A stretch of 63,877 bases of DNA, filler included, from Reticulomyxa filosa (taxonomy: Eukaryota; Protista; Foraminifera), in the NCBI GenBank assembly GCA_000512085.1. It is 23 parts of 23 records of this genome, joined end to end, with 100 filler letters (N's around TTAATTAATTAA, not from the genome) between each part and the next. Parts side by side here need not be neighbours in the genome. Positions count along the whole stretch, not along the records: positions 61,707 to 62,721 come from ASPP01013825.1; positions 62,822 to 63,877 come from ASPP01032836.1; 21 more parts are not named here. The stretch is one strand, 5' to 3'. The stretch's first letter is position 1. Each line of letters begins with the position of its first letter. Positions 61,961-63,877 of the stretch are shown here, one piece after another. Under the pieces are notes generated by a model. It did not search any database. It was not told the DNA's origin and saw nothing but the letters and a program-made list of their open reading frames with translations. The position numbers and the translations under genes were made by a program.

Positions 61961-62721
61961 AACCGCGGTAGTAGGCGTGTTTGACGAAAGGCATGGGCAC
62001 GATCTCGGCCGGCACGGGCTTGCCGCGCACCATGAGATCGACCTTGGTCCCGTTGGCTGACTGGCTGCGCTCGACGTAGCCCATGGCGACGGCGCGCCCG
62101 AGGGTCGGCGAGAAGCCGCCCGAGGTGACGGTGCCGACGGTCTTGCCGTCGATCACGATCTCGGCGCCCTCGCGCGCGATCGCCTTTCCTTCCGGCAGCA
62201 GGCCGACCCGCTTGCGCGTCGAGCCCTCGGCGATCTGCTTCTGGACGACCGCGGCGCCGGGGAACCCGCCCTGCACGCGACGCTCCTTGCCGACACTCCA
62301 CAGCAGCACCGCTTCGACGGGCGTGGTGGTCATGTCGATGTCGTGGCCATAGAGGCAGAGCCCGCCCTCGAGCCGGAGCGAATCGCGGGCGCCCAGTCCG
62401 ATCGGCTTGACCTCGGGATGGCTGAGCAGCGTGCGCGCGATGGCGTCGGTCTGCTCGGCCGGCGTCGAGATCTCGTAGCCGTCGCCGCCGGTGTAGCCCG
62501 AGCGCGTAACGTAGCAGCGTGCGCCGTCGATCTCGACATAGGCGCCGGTCATGAACTTCATGGTGGCGACCTGCGGCACCAGCCGCGACAGCACCGCCGA
62601 CGCCTGCGGTCCCTGCAGGGCGAGAAGCCCGCGCGAAAACATCGGCTCGACCTCGCAGGTCGCCGAGAGATGCTTCTGCATGTGCGCCAGGTCGGCGTCC
62701 TTGCAGGCCGCATTGATGACG
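61959..62721 (-). CDS. gcvT: Bacterial glycine cleavage system T protein (aminomethyltransferase), 5' truncated
   Basis: LALQGP, TRSGYTGGDGYEI, GLGARDSLRLEGGLCLYGHD, VTSGGFSPTL and MPFV..AYYRG. Strong GC3 bias and no introns. Confidence 0.97.
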
Positions 62722-62821
62722 NNNNNNNNNNNNNNNNNNNNNNNNNNNNNNNNNNNNNNNNNNNNTTAATTAATTAANNNNNNNNNNNNNNNNNNNNNNN
62801 NNNNNNNNNNNNNNNNNNNNN

Positions 62822-63030
62822 TTGATAATACAATTCGTTTTTGGGATATTCAATCAAATAAGAATCAATTGTATGTAATTAAAGTGGATGATGGAGATGG
62901 AGGAATAATTTTTTTGAAGTCTTTACAATTAAAAAAGAATGAAAAGAAGAGAAAAATCAATGGTGATATTGGTTGTGGTATTAATTTATGTTACGATTTA
63001 CACGATGGTTTTATCCGTATCTGGGGATAG
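62822..63030 (+). CDS. WD40 protein C-terminus (partial), paralog of 54637-54934
   Basis: DNTIRFWDIQSNKNQLYVI...NLCY...IRIWG then stop. Confidence 0.8.
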
Positions 63031-63877
63031 GAAGACATCTTGTTGGATGATCAATATTTTCATTTATACTCTTAATCATCGTGCTGATTCTTCACTTTCA
63101 AAATTGACTTTATAATAAAATGTATTAAACAAGATGTTGAGACAAAATCATACAACTGTGGTGTGTTATTCAAATTCAAATACTTAAGCTTAAACAAACA
63201 AAACACATTAATGTCAAAACAAAATTGAAACTATGTCTTTAAAATCTTTAATAAGTTTTGGAAATTTGAACTTATAAAATCGATAAAAATGGACTCGTTT
63301 TGTCGAATTAAGATAAAATTGAAAATAGGTTTGATTAATGGATGAATCACGACGATGAAACGCTCCTGTTTGAATAGTGCATATATTTGTTTTTGTATAA
63401 GTGCTTGTTCAAATGCTATTCAATTTATACCTCTTCATATGGAACCTTCAATTGTTTCGAGAGTAAATTCATCAATTCTGAGTGACTGGGAATATGCTGT
63501 AATTATTCATTCAATGCAATTGATTTACTATCACCTTTTACTTTGTTTGTACTTCCACACATTGTACATTTCTTTGAATTAAATGACATGGTCAATGCTT
63601 TACAATCGGTAACACATTTCTCTCACAAAAAAAAAAAAAAACTTATTACTTTCATCACCAATCATTGTCTCTAATCTGATTACATTTTTAATATACCCTT
63701 TACCTATTCTTTATTTTAAATAAAATTTAAATAATTCTATTGAAAATATGATTGCATCAAATCACTTTCATCAATTCTTCAATAGATTATGATGTTTAAC
63801 AAATGAAAAAAGCATTATGATCAACCACTAAATTTAAAATACAAAAATCACGAACAAATAAAAGAAAAAAAAAAAAG

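Noticed and set aside
61707-62721. gcvT-gcvH as horizontal transfer into the host
   Set aside because: The contig has no host flanking DNA, no amelioration and an intact bacterial operon structure.
63280-63800. Possible minus-strand WD40 remnant
   Set aside because: The resemblance is faint and there are many stops, so it is not supportable.

Overview
This window is not one locus. It is 23 short contigs joined by an artificial 100-bp spacer (44 N + TTAATTAATTAA + 44 N). Twenty-two contigs are AT-rich, intron-containing eukaryotic DNA. Their expanded WD40, Kelch-like, TPR and caspase-like families and many pseudogenes suggest a foraminiferan such as Reticulomyxa filosa (inference from recall). 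One contig (61707-62721) is GC-rich bacterial DNA carrying gcvT-gcvH. Recognisable genes: a WDFY3/LvsA-type BEACH protein with an extra SAM domain; an XK-like multi-pass membrane protein apparently fused to ankyrin repeats; a lectin-bearing receptor tyrosine-kinase-like pseudokinase; a TRAFAC GTPase with a His/Cys-rich tail; a MAN1/Src1-like protein; ADHFE1; a GH31 glycosidase; THOC5; Ras-like; GOT1; GT23-like; a CCCH + tandem WWE protein; two PH proteins; TPR; HSP70; RRM; FBPase; and an Ulp1/SENP-like gene. The best candidate for a new system is the GTPase at 18061-19998: nine spaced His residues and nine 3-Cys units could zip into an antiparallel zinc-stapled hairpin. Many genes carry 1-nt frameshifts, probably sequencing errors. 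All exon models were read by eye and no searches were run.
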